A DNA stretch of 64,000 nucleotides from Nitrospirales bacterium. GTDB lineage: Bacteria; Nitrospirota; Nitrospiria; Nitrospirales; UBA8639. Made by a program: the position numbers and the translations under genes. Location: NCBI GenBank assembly GCA_965223295.1, contig CBDCWC010000003.1, forward strand, positions 544,001 to 608,000. Reading direction: 5' to 3'. A model generated the notes under the pieces. That model searched no databases. It was not told the origin of the DNA and worked only from the letters and a program-made list of their open reading frames with translations. Every line of letters begins with the position of its first letter. Position 1 is the stretch's first letter. This document shows, one piece after another, positions 39,710 through 48,797 of the stretch.

Positions 39710-41185
39710 TTGCTACGAATTCTTGGTACTGAAACTGAATATGGGATCATCGCCCGCTCTCCTCAGCACCCTGACCCTGTCGACAACTCCCTTCGATTAA
39801 TTAGCCACTGCCCTGGACTTCCTGCTCCCACTGCCTTGTGGGATTACGAAAATGAAAATCCTTTCTTTGACGCCAGAGGGTTTAAGGTTGAAGGGGAACC
39901 TGAACGGCCAGGGGCCCATTACAATCGACAACTCAATAAAATCTTGCCCAATGCCGGACGCTTATATGTGGACGGCGCTCACCCTGAATATTCTACTCCC
40001 GAATGCAGCAATCCTCGGGAAGTGGTCACATATGAACGAGCTGGAGACACCTTGGTTGGAGACTGTCTGGCAAGGTTGAATGCGAGCGTACATGACGATG
40101 AATTTCTCGTATACCGCAATAATTCAGATGGCAAAGGCAACAGTTTCGGGTATCACGAAAATTATCTCATCTCTCGCACGATACCGTTTGAACACATCGC
40201 CAAAATGCTTCTGCCATTTTTTGTCTCCCGTCAGATTTTCTGTGGCACTGGAAAAGTCGGAGCAGAAAACGGCACCGATCCCGTCTCATATCAAATTTCA
40301 CAACGGGCTGATTTTTTGGAATGCGTGTACGACCTTAACACGATGGTCAATCGCCCCATCATGAATACAAGGGACGAACCCCATACACAACCATCGCAAT
40401 TTCGTCGGCTCCACGTTATCGTGGGTGATGCCAATATGTCTGAGGTTTCCACCTTTCTTAAAGTCGGCACAACCGCCATTATCATGGACATGCTAGAGAA
40501 TCACGGAACACTCCCTCAAATTGAGTTGGCAGATCCCGTTCAAGCTGTCAAACAAATTTCTCGCGATCTCACGGTCAAGCAATCGTTACAGTTAGAAAAT
40601 GGGCGACACACTAACCCCCTTGCGGTTCAGCACGCCTTCCTCAATACAGCGCATGAATTTTACACCACTCACGAACTATCTCCCATCACCAAAGAAGTCC
40701 TCATACGCTGGGAATCAGTTCTTGAAAAATTAGACCGAGACCCTGCAGACCTGAAACATGAAATTGATTGGGTAGCTAAACAGGCCTTGATTGAATCCTA
40801 TATGGAGCGGAAACACTGTTCATGGCAAGATCCTCGTATTGCCATGATGGACTTACAGTATCATGATGTACGACCGTCTAAAGGCTTGTATTACGCATTG
40901 GAACGAGCTCACAAAATTGAACGATTGACCCATGATGAAGAGATTCAACGCGCCATGCACACGGCTCCACCCCATACCCGTGCATATTTCCGAGGGGCCT
41001 GTCTCAAACGATTTCCTCAACAGGTTTATGGCATGAGTTGGAGTTCTGTCTTGCTGGAGTCATCAGATTCCACGATTACACGTATTCCTCTTCTTGATCC
41101 GTATCGTGGGACTCAGTCACTCACACAAGAGTTGTTTCAGGACATTGACTCAGTTGATCAGCTATTATCACGGCTTGCTCGATAA
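39710..41185 (+). CDS. dop: Depupylase/deamidase Dop (PafA2)
   Basis: GTETEYG, RLYVDGAHPEYSTPEC, NTRDEPH, RRLHVIVGDAN. Confidence 0.9.
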   Translation: MLRILGTETEYGIIARSPQHPDPVDNSLRLISHCPGLPAPTALWDYENENPFFDARGFKVEGEPERPGAHYNRQLNKILPNAGRLYVDGAHPEYSTPECSNPREVVTYERAGDTLVGDCLARLNASVHDDEFLVYRNNSDGKGNSFGYHENYLISRTIPFEHIAKMLLPFFVSRQIFCGTGKVGAENGTDPVSYQISQRADFLECVYDLNTMVNRPIMNTRDEPHTQPSQFRRLHVIVGDANMSEVSTFLKVGTTAIIMDMLENHGTLPQIELADPVQAVKQISRDLTVKQSLQLENGRHTNPLAVQHAFLNTAHEFYTTHELSPITKEVLIRWESVLEKLDRDPADLKHEIDWVAKQALIESYMERKHCSWQDPRIAMMDLQYHDVRPSKGLYYALERAHKIERLTHDEEIQRAMHTAPPHTRAYFRGACLKRFPQQVYGMSWSSVLLESSDSTITRIPLLDPYRGTQSLTQELFQDIDSVDQLLSRLAR

Positions 41186-41227
41186 CGAAAGCAATCAAAG
41201 AATCTCAGTTAACCGAATACGACGAAC

Positions 41228-42070
41228 ATGAATTCTGACAAATTGCCATTTCCCAATTTTTCTTCTGATCTCTGTTCCAGTTTTTACCAGTTTCTGTCCT
41301 CCCAACGGCCAGAATTGTTACCGATGGCTCGATGGGGAACATCCCCCAGTCACACAGAGACTCATGACCGCTGGAATCCCAACCACCAACTCCCTCCCTG
41401 GCCACATGGCACCACAGTTCTAGCCTTTACCTACCATAATGGCGTGTTAATAGCTGGAGACCGTCGTGCAACAGAGGGATATCAAATTGCGGCCAATCGT
41501 ATGGATAAGGTCTTTCAAACCGATGAACTTTCAGCCATGGCTATCGCAGGGGCGGCAGGGCCCTGTGTGGAAATAGCAAAACTTTTTCGAATTGAGTTGG
41601 AACATTACGAAAAGCTTGATGGGAAACCCCTCACTTGTGAAGGAAAAGCGACGCGACTGGGGTACATGGTCAAAGCCAATTTCCCGATGGTCATGCAGGG
41701 ACTCGTGGTCATTCCCCTCTTTGTTGGGTACGATCAGAAACGCGAAATTGGTCGTTTGTTTAAATATGATATTACTGGCGGACGCTATGAAGATTCGGAA
41801 TTTCACGCCGTTGGTTCTGGGGGAAAGGATGCACGGCTCACATTAAAGGAACATTTTCGTAAGCAATTACCGGAAGACCAGGCTGTTCGTATTGCCATTC
41901 GCGCCTTATCGAATGCCGCTGAGGAAGATGTGGGCACCGGAGGTCCGGACTTGCTTCGAAAAATCTTCCCTCTGGTCAAGTTGGTTGATGCACAAGGCGT
42001 GCGGGACGTGGAAGATTCCATCCTCGCGACCATCTGCGAAGAATTAGCAGCACAAGCACAGGAATCATAA
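41228..42070 (+). CDS. prcB: Proteasome beta subunit
   Basis: Propeptide then HG/TT, AGDRRAT, GSGG. Confidence 0.95.
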   Translation: MNSDKLPFPNFSSDLCSSFYQFLSSQRPELLPMARWGTSPSHTETHDRWNPNHQLPPWPHGTTVLAFTYHNGVLIAGDRRATEGYQIAANRMDKVFQTDELSAMAIAGAAGPCVEIAKLFRIELEHYEKLDGKPLTCEGKATRLGYMVKANFPMVMQGLVVIPLFVGYDQKREIGRLFKYDITGGRYEDSEFHAVGSGGKDARLTLKEHFRKQLPEDQAVRIAIRALSNAAEEDVGTGGPDLLRKIFPLVKLVDAQGVRDVEDSILATICEELAAQAQES

Positions 42071-42073
42071 GTC

Positions 42074-42757
42074 ATGGCTATGCCATTTTATGTCTCCCCC
42101 GAACAAATGATGCAGGACCGGGCGGAGTATGCCAAAAAAGGCATCGCAAAAGGTCGTTCGATCGTTGCCATGGAATATGATCAAGGTGTGCTGTTTGTCG
42201 CGGACAACCCTAGCGCATCGCTCTTTAAAATTTCCGAGATCTATGACAGCATTGCCTTTTCAGGGGCTGGGCGATACAGCGAATTTGAAAATTTGCGAAA
42301 GGCAGGCATTCAACATGCCGACATGAAGGGCATGATGTATAGCCGGGAAGACGTGACCGCCCGATCTTTAGCCAATGGCTATTCACAAATGTTGGGGACG
42401 ATCTTCAGCCAGGAAATGAAACCGTACGAAGTCGAACTGCTTCTAGCGCAAGTTGGCGAGAAGCCAGAGGAGAACGAACTCTATCGCATCACATTTGATG
42501 GTAGCATTATTGACGAACGCAACTTCACCGCCATCGGCGGACGCTCAGAAGCCATCTTGACTGTTTTGCGTAAAACAATCTCAGAAACACCTCCTTCTCT
42601 CACTACGGCTCTACAGTTATGCCAACATGCCTTTGAAGAGGGTGCTGATCATAAAACTGGGCTGGAAGGCCTCGAAGTGGCCCTATTGGATAGGTCACGC
42701 GCAGGCCGAAAATTCCGTCGAATTGAAACCTCCGAAGCCTCGGCTCTTCTTGCCTAA
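42074..42757 (+). CDS. prcA: Proteasome alpha subunit
   Basis: MPFYVSPEQMMQDRAEYAKKGIAKGR, KPYEVE, LEVALLDR. Confidence 0.95.
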   Translation: MAMPFYVSPEQMMQDRAEYAKKGIAKGRSIVAMEYDQGVLFVADNPSASLFKISEIYDSIAFSGAGRYSEFENLRKAGIQHADMKGMMYSREDVTARSLANGYSQMLGTIFSQEMKPYEVELLLAQVGEKPEENELYRITFDGSIIDERNFTAIGGRSEAILTVLRKTISETPPSLTTALQLCQHAFEEGADHKTGLEGLEVALLDRSRAGRKFRRIETSEASALLA

Positions 42758-42815
42758 TCACTTTCTGGCTTTCAGATCATCAGGGATAAAGGCTTGCCCT
42801 CGGACAGTTTCCATC

Positions 42816-43058
42816 ATGCCACCTCCTAAGAAGCAATCATCCTTTTATGAAGTCTCCATTTCAACTAGACCACCACACCACGAGCCCCGACCCACCTCGA
42901 CGCGTTCATGCAAACAGGGGCTGTTGAAAGGCGAAGCCGAGGACAGCAACAACGGGTTGCAAGTCACCCTACACCTCGAAGACGTCGAAACGCTCGTCTG
43001 CGTGAATCGTGACCTCGAAGAAATTCAAGTGTTCGAGTTTATACAAGTTCCCGCATAA
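42816..43058 (+). CDS. Possible small hypothetical protein (80 aa)
   Basis: Open frame from ATG 42816; no family recognised. Confidence 0.35.
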   Translation: MPPPKKQSSFYEVSISTRPPHHEPRPTSTRSCKQGLLKGEAEDSNNGLQVTLHLEDVETLVCVNRDLEEIQVFEFIQVPA

Positions 43059-43066
43059 GAAATCAG

Positions 43067-43194
43067 CATGGGTCTGTTGAAAAAATCCCGCCCAGTAAGG
43101 CCACAGCCATTTTTTCGCGCGCAGCGTACTGGTCCTACGTGAGCACGGAAAAATGGCCAGAACGCCGCTGATGGCTTTTTTGAACAGACCCATG
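43067..43194. repeat. MITE-like repeat, copy 3
   Basis: catgggtctgttgaaaaaa / ttttttgaacagacccatg. Confidence 0.8.
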
Positions 43195-43569
43195 TTCTTT
43201 CAAACGCATTCCGTTTTTTCCGTCGCCTGTCCCTCGCCTATTAATAATGAATGTGTGTGTTTCTCTTCATTCCTGCCCTTAAGGCGTATGTTTTTCCCTT
43301 CACGTTCACCCACCTAGACTGCTTGCCTCTTTTAGCCTACACCTTTGTCTCTGTTGAATCTATTAAAAAATTCAGTCTACCTAATGTAAGGAACATACAT
43401 TGCACGGGTTTTGTCCAACGTTTGTTGAAAAATGGCTTTAACGAAAAGGGTGCTGAAGAAACGAGCATTCCACTGTTTTCACATCAACCAAATTCCTAAT
43501 CACAGGCGACTTATTCCCTGACAGGCTCCACCTAACACGTTAACCCTCTACTCGTGAAGGAGGATCAGG

Positions 43570-44277
43570 ATGACCCTCATGTCAATTTTCTCCAGATTGA
43601 AAAATGGCCATTCACTCAAAAACCCTCGATACTCAATCCATGAACAGCTGTCGCTCGCTCGCCCGCGAGCGCTGAAGTATGATGACCCCGACAACCAAGC
43701 GTTTGACGTTCACGTCAGTTGCGTGGCTTCGAGCAAACAACCTGTTGTGTTGTGGAAGCACGGAGAGACAGATGTGACTGACATAGCTGGTATGATCCAT
43801 AGACACAGCCCCTTTGCCGCGCAACAGATTGCGACGGTGTCTTGCCGGACAAACCCTTTTGAAACTTGGGCACAGGCACTGGCAGACCTCATCGACCCCG
43901 ACCAGCCAGCAAAAGATATCGGACAATCTGAAAACGGAGCCGCTGTTCGTCCTGGCGGAACATTGTTTCTCAACGATCTCGAATTCCTACCCCATGAACT
44001 ACAAACTCTTCTGCACGCACTACTCAACGAAGAAAGGATTATTCGATTCCCTGGCGCACACACTCCAGAGGCAGAAATCAGAGTTATCACTTCGTCGACG
44101 ATGGACATTTGGAGGAAATGTCAAGACGGACTATTTCATGCCAATCTCTTCTTCCAACTGAATCGATTAACGGTCCACTGCGGATCTTCTTCGCGGCATT
44201 CAGCTCACGCCCATCCGGAAATACGGCCCGTGTTCGAGCAGCCGGAATTAGCTTACGCCACGAGCCCTACGGATTAG
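43570..44277 (+). CDS. Degenerate sigma54-activator (bEBP) AAA-domain protein
   Basis: GGTLFLNDLEFLP..LQTLL, EIRVITSS, FHANLFFQLN; Walker A and GAFTGA not intact; strong RBS. Confidence 0.7.
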   Translation: MTLMSIFSRLKNGHSLKNPRYSIHEQLSLARPRALKYDDPDNQAFDVHVSCVASSKQPVVLWKHGETDVTDIAGMIHRHSPFAAQQIATVSCRTNPFETWAQALADLIDPDQPAKDIGQSENGAAVRPGGTLFLNDLEFLPHELQTLLHALLNEERIIRFPGAHTPEAEIRVITSSTMDIWRKCQDGLFHANLFFQLNRLTVHCGSSSRHSAHAHPEIRPVFEQPELAYATSPTD

Positions 44278-44312
44278 ATCTTCACATCTTACGCTCACAG
44301 TCGTACTTTACT

Positions 44313-44413
44313 GGGTCTGTTGATAAGAAGCCGTCGCCTACTCTGCCAGATTTCAATGGGCTACGAAGGTTGACGGCGGCTTCGCGCAGGCGAGTGGACT
44401 TTTTTGAACCGAC
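44313..44413. repeat. MITE-like repeat, copy 4
   Basis: gggtctgttgataagaagccgtc...gcgcaggcgagtggacttttttgaaccgac; reverse complement resembles the 62563 copy. Confidence 0.7.
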
Positions 44414-44704
44414 GCCAGAAGGAAACCAACTCGATCGCATCACATTTGATGGCCGTATTATCGACGAACGCAACTTCACCACCATAGGCGGATACTCTGA
44501 AGCCATCTTGACCGGACTTCGCAAAACTATCTCAGAAACTCCTCCTTTCCTCACGGCTCTATAGTTATGCTAGCAAGCCTTTGCGGATGATGCCGATCAT
44601 AAAACTGGACTGGAAGGGTTAGAAGTCGACCAGTGGATCGGTCACGAGCAGGCCACAAATTCCCTAGAGTATCGACGTCTGAAGCCTCAAGTCCCCTGGG
44701 CTAG
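44414..44704 (+). pseudogene. prcA: Decayed duplicate of the prcA 3' end
   Basis: Aligns by eye to 42463-42757 (RITFDG..IIDERNFT.IGG.SEAILT.LRKTISETPP) with stops and indels. Confidence 0.9.
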
Positions 44705-44834
44705 CTACGCAGCTTCTCTTCTCCGACAGGCGATACCTTCTCAGGTTGAACATTCATAAACAGAGGTGTATTCTGGATTAGGCGCTTATACTCTACACAC
44801 GAAATTCTTCAACAACGCTCTCAATAGGGCAGCC

Positions 44835-46211
44835 ATGATTAAGCGAATTGTCGGCCTCGAATGCGAATATGGGCTCACATTTTCACCAACCGGACGTGTC
44901 TATCTCCCTATTGAAAAAATTCTCGGCTACATCTTCGAGGGGCTTATCCCCAATAGCTGGCCCTCTAATGCTTTTCTCACAAATGGCGCTCGATTCTATC
45001 AGGATACCGGGTGTCATCCCGAATATTCGACACCGGAATGCGATGACCTCATTGAGTTAGTCGTTCATGACAAGGCCGGAGAACGAATATTAGAAAATTG
45101 TCTCCCGATTGCGGAAGAACGGTTACGGGAAGAAGGACTCTCCGGAGATATTTTTATTTTCAAAAATAATACCGATTCGCTGGGCAACACCTACGGCTCA
45201 CATGAAAACTTTCTCATGCGGCGAGATGTCGATTTTTGGAAAGTGAGCGAGCAACTCATCCCGTTTTTTGTCACTCGCCAAATATATTCGGGCGCAGGAA
45301 AAATTCTTCGAGTATCCGGCAGATCTCAATTTTTTATTTCTCAACGGGCACAACATATTCATGAAAAGACTTCTTCCTCTACCACATCTTCCCGAAGTAT
45401 TATCAATACCCGAGATGAACCTCATTCTGATGCGGAGAAATACCGCCGCCTGCACATCATTCTTGGAGATTCCAACATGTCGGAATTCTCCACCTATTTA
45501 AAAGTGGGCACGGCCATGATCGTCCTCTCCATGATTGAGGATGGCTATACCATTCCCGACATCGAACTGGAAGAGCCGGTCAAAGCCATCCGCGATATTT
45601 CTCGCGACCCCACATTAAAGAAAACGGTCAAACTCGAAGACGGACGGGTCTTAACAGCCCTGGAAATTCAGCAAATATTTTGGGAGCGGGCAGGCGAATA
45701 TTTACAGACTCAACCTCCCAATAAAATATTGACCGAGGTTCATGAAGAATGGGGACGAGTCTTACGGCTTCTTGAGCATTCGCCCATGCAATTGGTCAGA
45801 GAAATCGATTGGATTACAAAAAAATGGATGTTAGAAAATTACATGGCCAACAAATCTTGTGGATGGGATGACCCACGACTCAGTATGATGGACCTTCAGT
45901 ATCATGACATCAATCGACAACGGGGACTCTTTTATGTCTTAGCCGAACGACATGGAATCAAAAAACTCGTGAATGAAGAAGCTATTGAACAGGCCAAAAC
46001 ACATCCTCCACAAACCACGCGCGCAAAAGTCCGAGGAGATTTCATCCGATTTGCCCGAGCTAAGAATCGGTCGTATACTGTTGATTGGACGTATCTCAAA
46101 TTGAATGGTTATTGGGAAGAAACGATTCTCTGTATGGATCCCTTCTGCCCCTTCAATCCCCGCGTAGATGAATTACTGAGCCAAGTACCGCACAGTCGAC
46201 TTTATCCATGA
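44835..46211 (+). CDS. pafA: Pup--protein ligase PafA
   Basis: GLECEYG, NGARFYQDTGCHPEY, KNNTDS, SQRA, TTRAKVRG. Confidence 0.92.
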   Translation: MIKRIVGLECEYGLTFSPTGRVYLPIEKILGYIFEGLIPNSWPSNAFLTNGARFYQDTGCHPEYSTPECDDLIELVVHDKAGERILENCLPIAEERLREEGLSGDIFIFKNNTDSLGNTYGSHENFLMRRDVDFWKVSEQLIPFFVTRQIYSGAGKILRVSGRSQFFISQRAQHIHEKTSSSTTSSRSIINTRDEPHSDAEKYRRLHIILGDSNMSEFSTYLKVGTAMIVLSMIEDGYTIPDIELEEPVKAIRDISRDPTLKKTVKLEDGRVLTALEIQQIFWERAGEYLQTQPPNKILTEVHEEWGRVLRLLEHSPMQLVREIDWITKKWMLENYMANKSCGWDDPRLSMMDLQYHDINRQRGLFYVLAERHGIKKLVNEEAIEQAKTHPPQTTRAKVRGDFIRFARAKNRSYTVDWTYLKLNGYWEETILCMDPFCPFNPRVDELLSQVPHSRLYP

Positions 46212-47125
46212 TCACCCTCGCTATTTCTTCAACCATCGTACGAGGGTTGTCCAGCTTATGCCTGGGCATATTTTGTTTCATCCTCTTCAGCTTCACGCCT
46301 ATTCCGTTTTCCCATGCAGAAGAACGGCATCATTCAGAAGCCAAAAGACAATTCACTGGAAAGCAAGGAGAAATCCTATGGATTGAGATCCCGGTCAACA
46401 ATTCAACAGCAACAGTCCGAGGTCAACTCTTTAAGCGCATAATCCCGTTCTTCCCGCATACCGATACCAGCTTTGCGGGCATCGTGGGACTGGATATGCA
46501 AGACCCCCCAGGCATGTATACATTAGAAGTGACGATCCATGACTCGAAGCAGACAACACAGCTAAATTATTCCATTACCATTCACAAAGAAGACTATAGG
46601 GTTCAACACCTCAAATTGCCAAAGAATAAAGTAGACCTCGATTCAAAGACTTTGAAACGAGTCCAACTCGAACAAAAAGAAATGTCGGAAGCCTTTCGCC
46701 ACATCAGCTCAGAACCTTTATGGAATGAAACCTTCCTAGAACCCGTCAAAGGTAGGATAAGCGGCCGCTTCGGCAGTCGCCGCGTCATCAATGGGCAACA
46801 CAAACGCCCGCATTCAGGTGAAGATATTGCCGCTCCAACAGGCACACCAGTCAATGCCATCAACCGGGGTAAGGTCGTCGCTACCGTCGATCACTTCTTC
46901 TCCGGCAAAGGCGTGGTCATTGATCATGGAGTTGGATTGTTTTCCATGTATTTTCATTTGTCAGAAATTGACGTTCAACCAGGCCAAATTCTTAGCAAAG
47001 GAGACGCATTAGGAAAAGTCGGCGCCACAGGAAGAGCGACCGGCCCGCATCTGCACTGGGGAATTCGCCTCAACGGGGCCCGTGTGAATCCTTATGCTCT
47101 CACGACACTTCCTATCAGGAAGTAG
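46208..47125 (+). CDS. M23 family metallopeptidase
   Basis: HSGED, YFHLS, GPHLHW; signal peptide. Confidence 0.9.
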   Translation: MITLAISSTIVRGLSSLCLGIFCFILFSFTPIPFSHAEERHHSEAKRQFTGKQGEILWIEIPVNNSTATVRGQLFKRIIPFFPHTDTSFAGIVGLDMQDPPGMYTLEVTIHDSKQTTQLNYSITIHKEDYRVQHLKLPKNKVDLDSKTLKRVQLEQKEMSEAFRHISSEPLWNETFLEPVKGRISGRFGSRRVINGQHKRPHSGEDIAAPTGTPVNAINRGKVVATVDHFFSGKGVVIDHGVGLFSMYFHLSEIDVQPGQILSKGDALGKVGATGRATGPHLHWGIRLNGARVNPYALTTLPIRK

Positions 47126-47166
47126 GCAAGACTTTCATTCTTCCGTTTCTTACTCCTCGCTTTACC

Positions 47167-47730
47167 ATGGATTATCTCTGCGTTTTTTGCGGATCAAGCC
47201 AAGGCATCAACCAGGACTATGCATCCACCGCCCGACAATTGGGTCGGATTCTCGTTCAGGAAGGCTTTGGGCTCGTATATGGAGGCGGAAACATCGGACT
47301 GATGGGAATTTTGGCCTCAACCGTTCTGGAGTCAGGCGGACAGGCTATCGGCGTTATTCCAAAACAATTAGCCGACCAAGAATTACTACATACCCAACTC
47401 ACAACGTCACATATTGTTGACACCATGCATGAACGCAAAGCACTCATGGCCAAGTTGTCTGCAGGATTTGTGACGCTCCCAGGCGGATTTGGGACGTTAG
47501 AAGAATGTTGCGAGATGCTCACCTGGGCACAGCTCAAGATTCATGATAAACCGTGCGGGATCCTGAATTGTTTTGGGTTTTTTGACGGGCTTTTAGCCTT
47601 TCTAGACCATCAAGTCACACAAGGATTCGTCACCCCCAAGAACCGGGCGCTCGTGCTAAAAGGCCATGACCCAGCATCACTCATCGATTTGATGAAGCCT
47701 CACCTCAACAGAGGCGTACCACCTCATTAA
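47167..47730 (+). CDS. LOG family (TIGR00730-type) phosphoribohydrolase
   Basis: CVFCGSS, LVYGGG, MHERK, PGGFGTLEE. Confidence 0.9.
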   Translation: MDYLCVFCGSSQGINQDYASTARQLGRILVQEGFGLVYGGGNIGLMGILASTVLESGGQAIGVIPKQLADQELLHTQLTTSHIVDTMHERKALMAKLSAGFVTLPGGFGTLEECCEMLTWAQLKIHDKPCGILNCFGFFDGLLAFLDHQVTQGFVTPKNRALVLKGHDPASLIDLMKPHLNRGVPPH

Positions 47731-47737
47731 AACAGAT

Positions 47738-48526
47738 TCAATACGCCGCAGGACGCGAAAGGGGGCGACTGGTCATCAATTCCATCGCACGAAGGTTATC
47801 AAACGAAAACGCGCCACCTCCCATCACGACTAATCCGACTTTTCCTTGTTTGAATGACTGATCATAGACATCAATCAGCAAATGATGATCAAAAAATATC
47901 TCTGTAAATTCTTTGCTAATAATGGTGTTCCGTTGAATACGAAGAAAATGCCATTCGGATGATTCGGGAATCACTTCCTCACGGGCAAGTTCCTCGGGCT
48001 GCCCATCTTTCACCACATAGGCAATAATTTCGTTGGCTTTCGGCTCAACCACGACCGCATAAAAATTTTTCGCATCCTGTATCCCATAGGCTAAACCTGC
48101 TTTACTTGAAGGCGTACCCGATCGCATTTTCATCCTGACCGAAAGATCCACATACTCAACTGTCACGTCTTCAGCCAGTAATAACTGATAGCACTCGCCT
48201 TCGCGACATGACAGTTCTTGCTCAACCAGATTCGGCTGACTAGGTGCCGTCTGATCTTTAGCCACTGCCCAGCCTCCATTGTCAGTCTTCCCTCCAACTT
48301 CTTGAGAAAACCCTTCTGGCAAATTGGCCAAAGTAGAGGTATCAAACTTCCATTCTTGGAACAAAGGCGGTGTTGTTTTATGAAAGGGTTTAGGCAACTC
48401 TTGAGGTTGATCGCTGGCAAGGGTCCCGAATGGAGAACAAAAAAAACATACGCCAACGATCAGACTGATCAATGCCCCTTTAGCAAAAAGATTATTTGCA
48501 ATGAACTCTTCATTATTTTGAAGCAT
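47738..48526 (-). CDS. Exported concanavalin-A-like (DUF1080-like) beta-sandwich protein
   Basis: TM/signal segment; KAGLAYG, NFYAVV, WHFLRI, GKVGL, FDNL. Confidence 0.6.
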   Translation of the reverse strand: MLQNNEEFIANNLFAKGALISLIVGVCFFCSPFGTLASDQPQELPKPFHKTTPPLFQEWKFDTSTLANLPEGFSQEVGGKTDNGGWAVAKDQTAPSQPNLVEQELSCREGECYQLLLAEDVTVEYVDLSVRMKMRSGTPSSKAGLAYGIQDAKNFYAVVVEPKANEIIAYVVKDGQPEELAREEVIPESSEWHFLRIQRNTIISKEFTEIFFDHHLLIDVYDQSFKQGKVGLVVMGGGAFSFDNLRAMELMTSRPLSRPAAY

Positions 48527-48797
48527 ACTATGTTCCCCAACCTCGAAGTTCAGCATACCCACGATCATATTAACTCTCCCCACTATGTTGAAAAATGTAA
48601 ATAACCATGGCTTATTTCTCCACAAGCCCTCAATGATACGAGTTCTCTTGTGACGACGACAACCCCCTTTTTTGGACAACGCCTAACAACGAAGGATTGA
48701 ACGACTTCACCTTTCTTTTAGCCTAAACCTTCGACAAGCTCGAGCGCAAATTTCTCTTAAAATTGCCCTTGTTCGCCCATCTTTGGTAGCGTGATTC

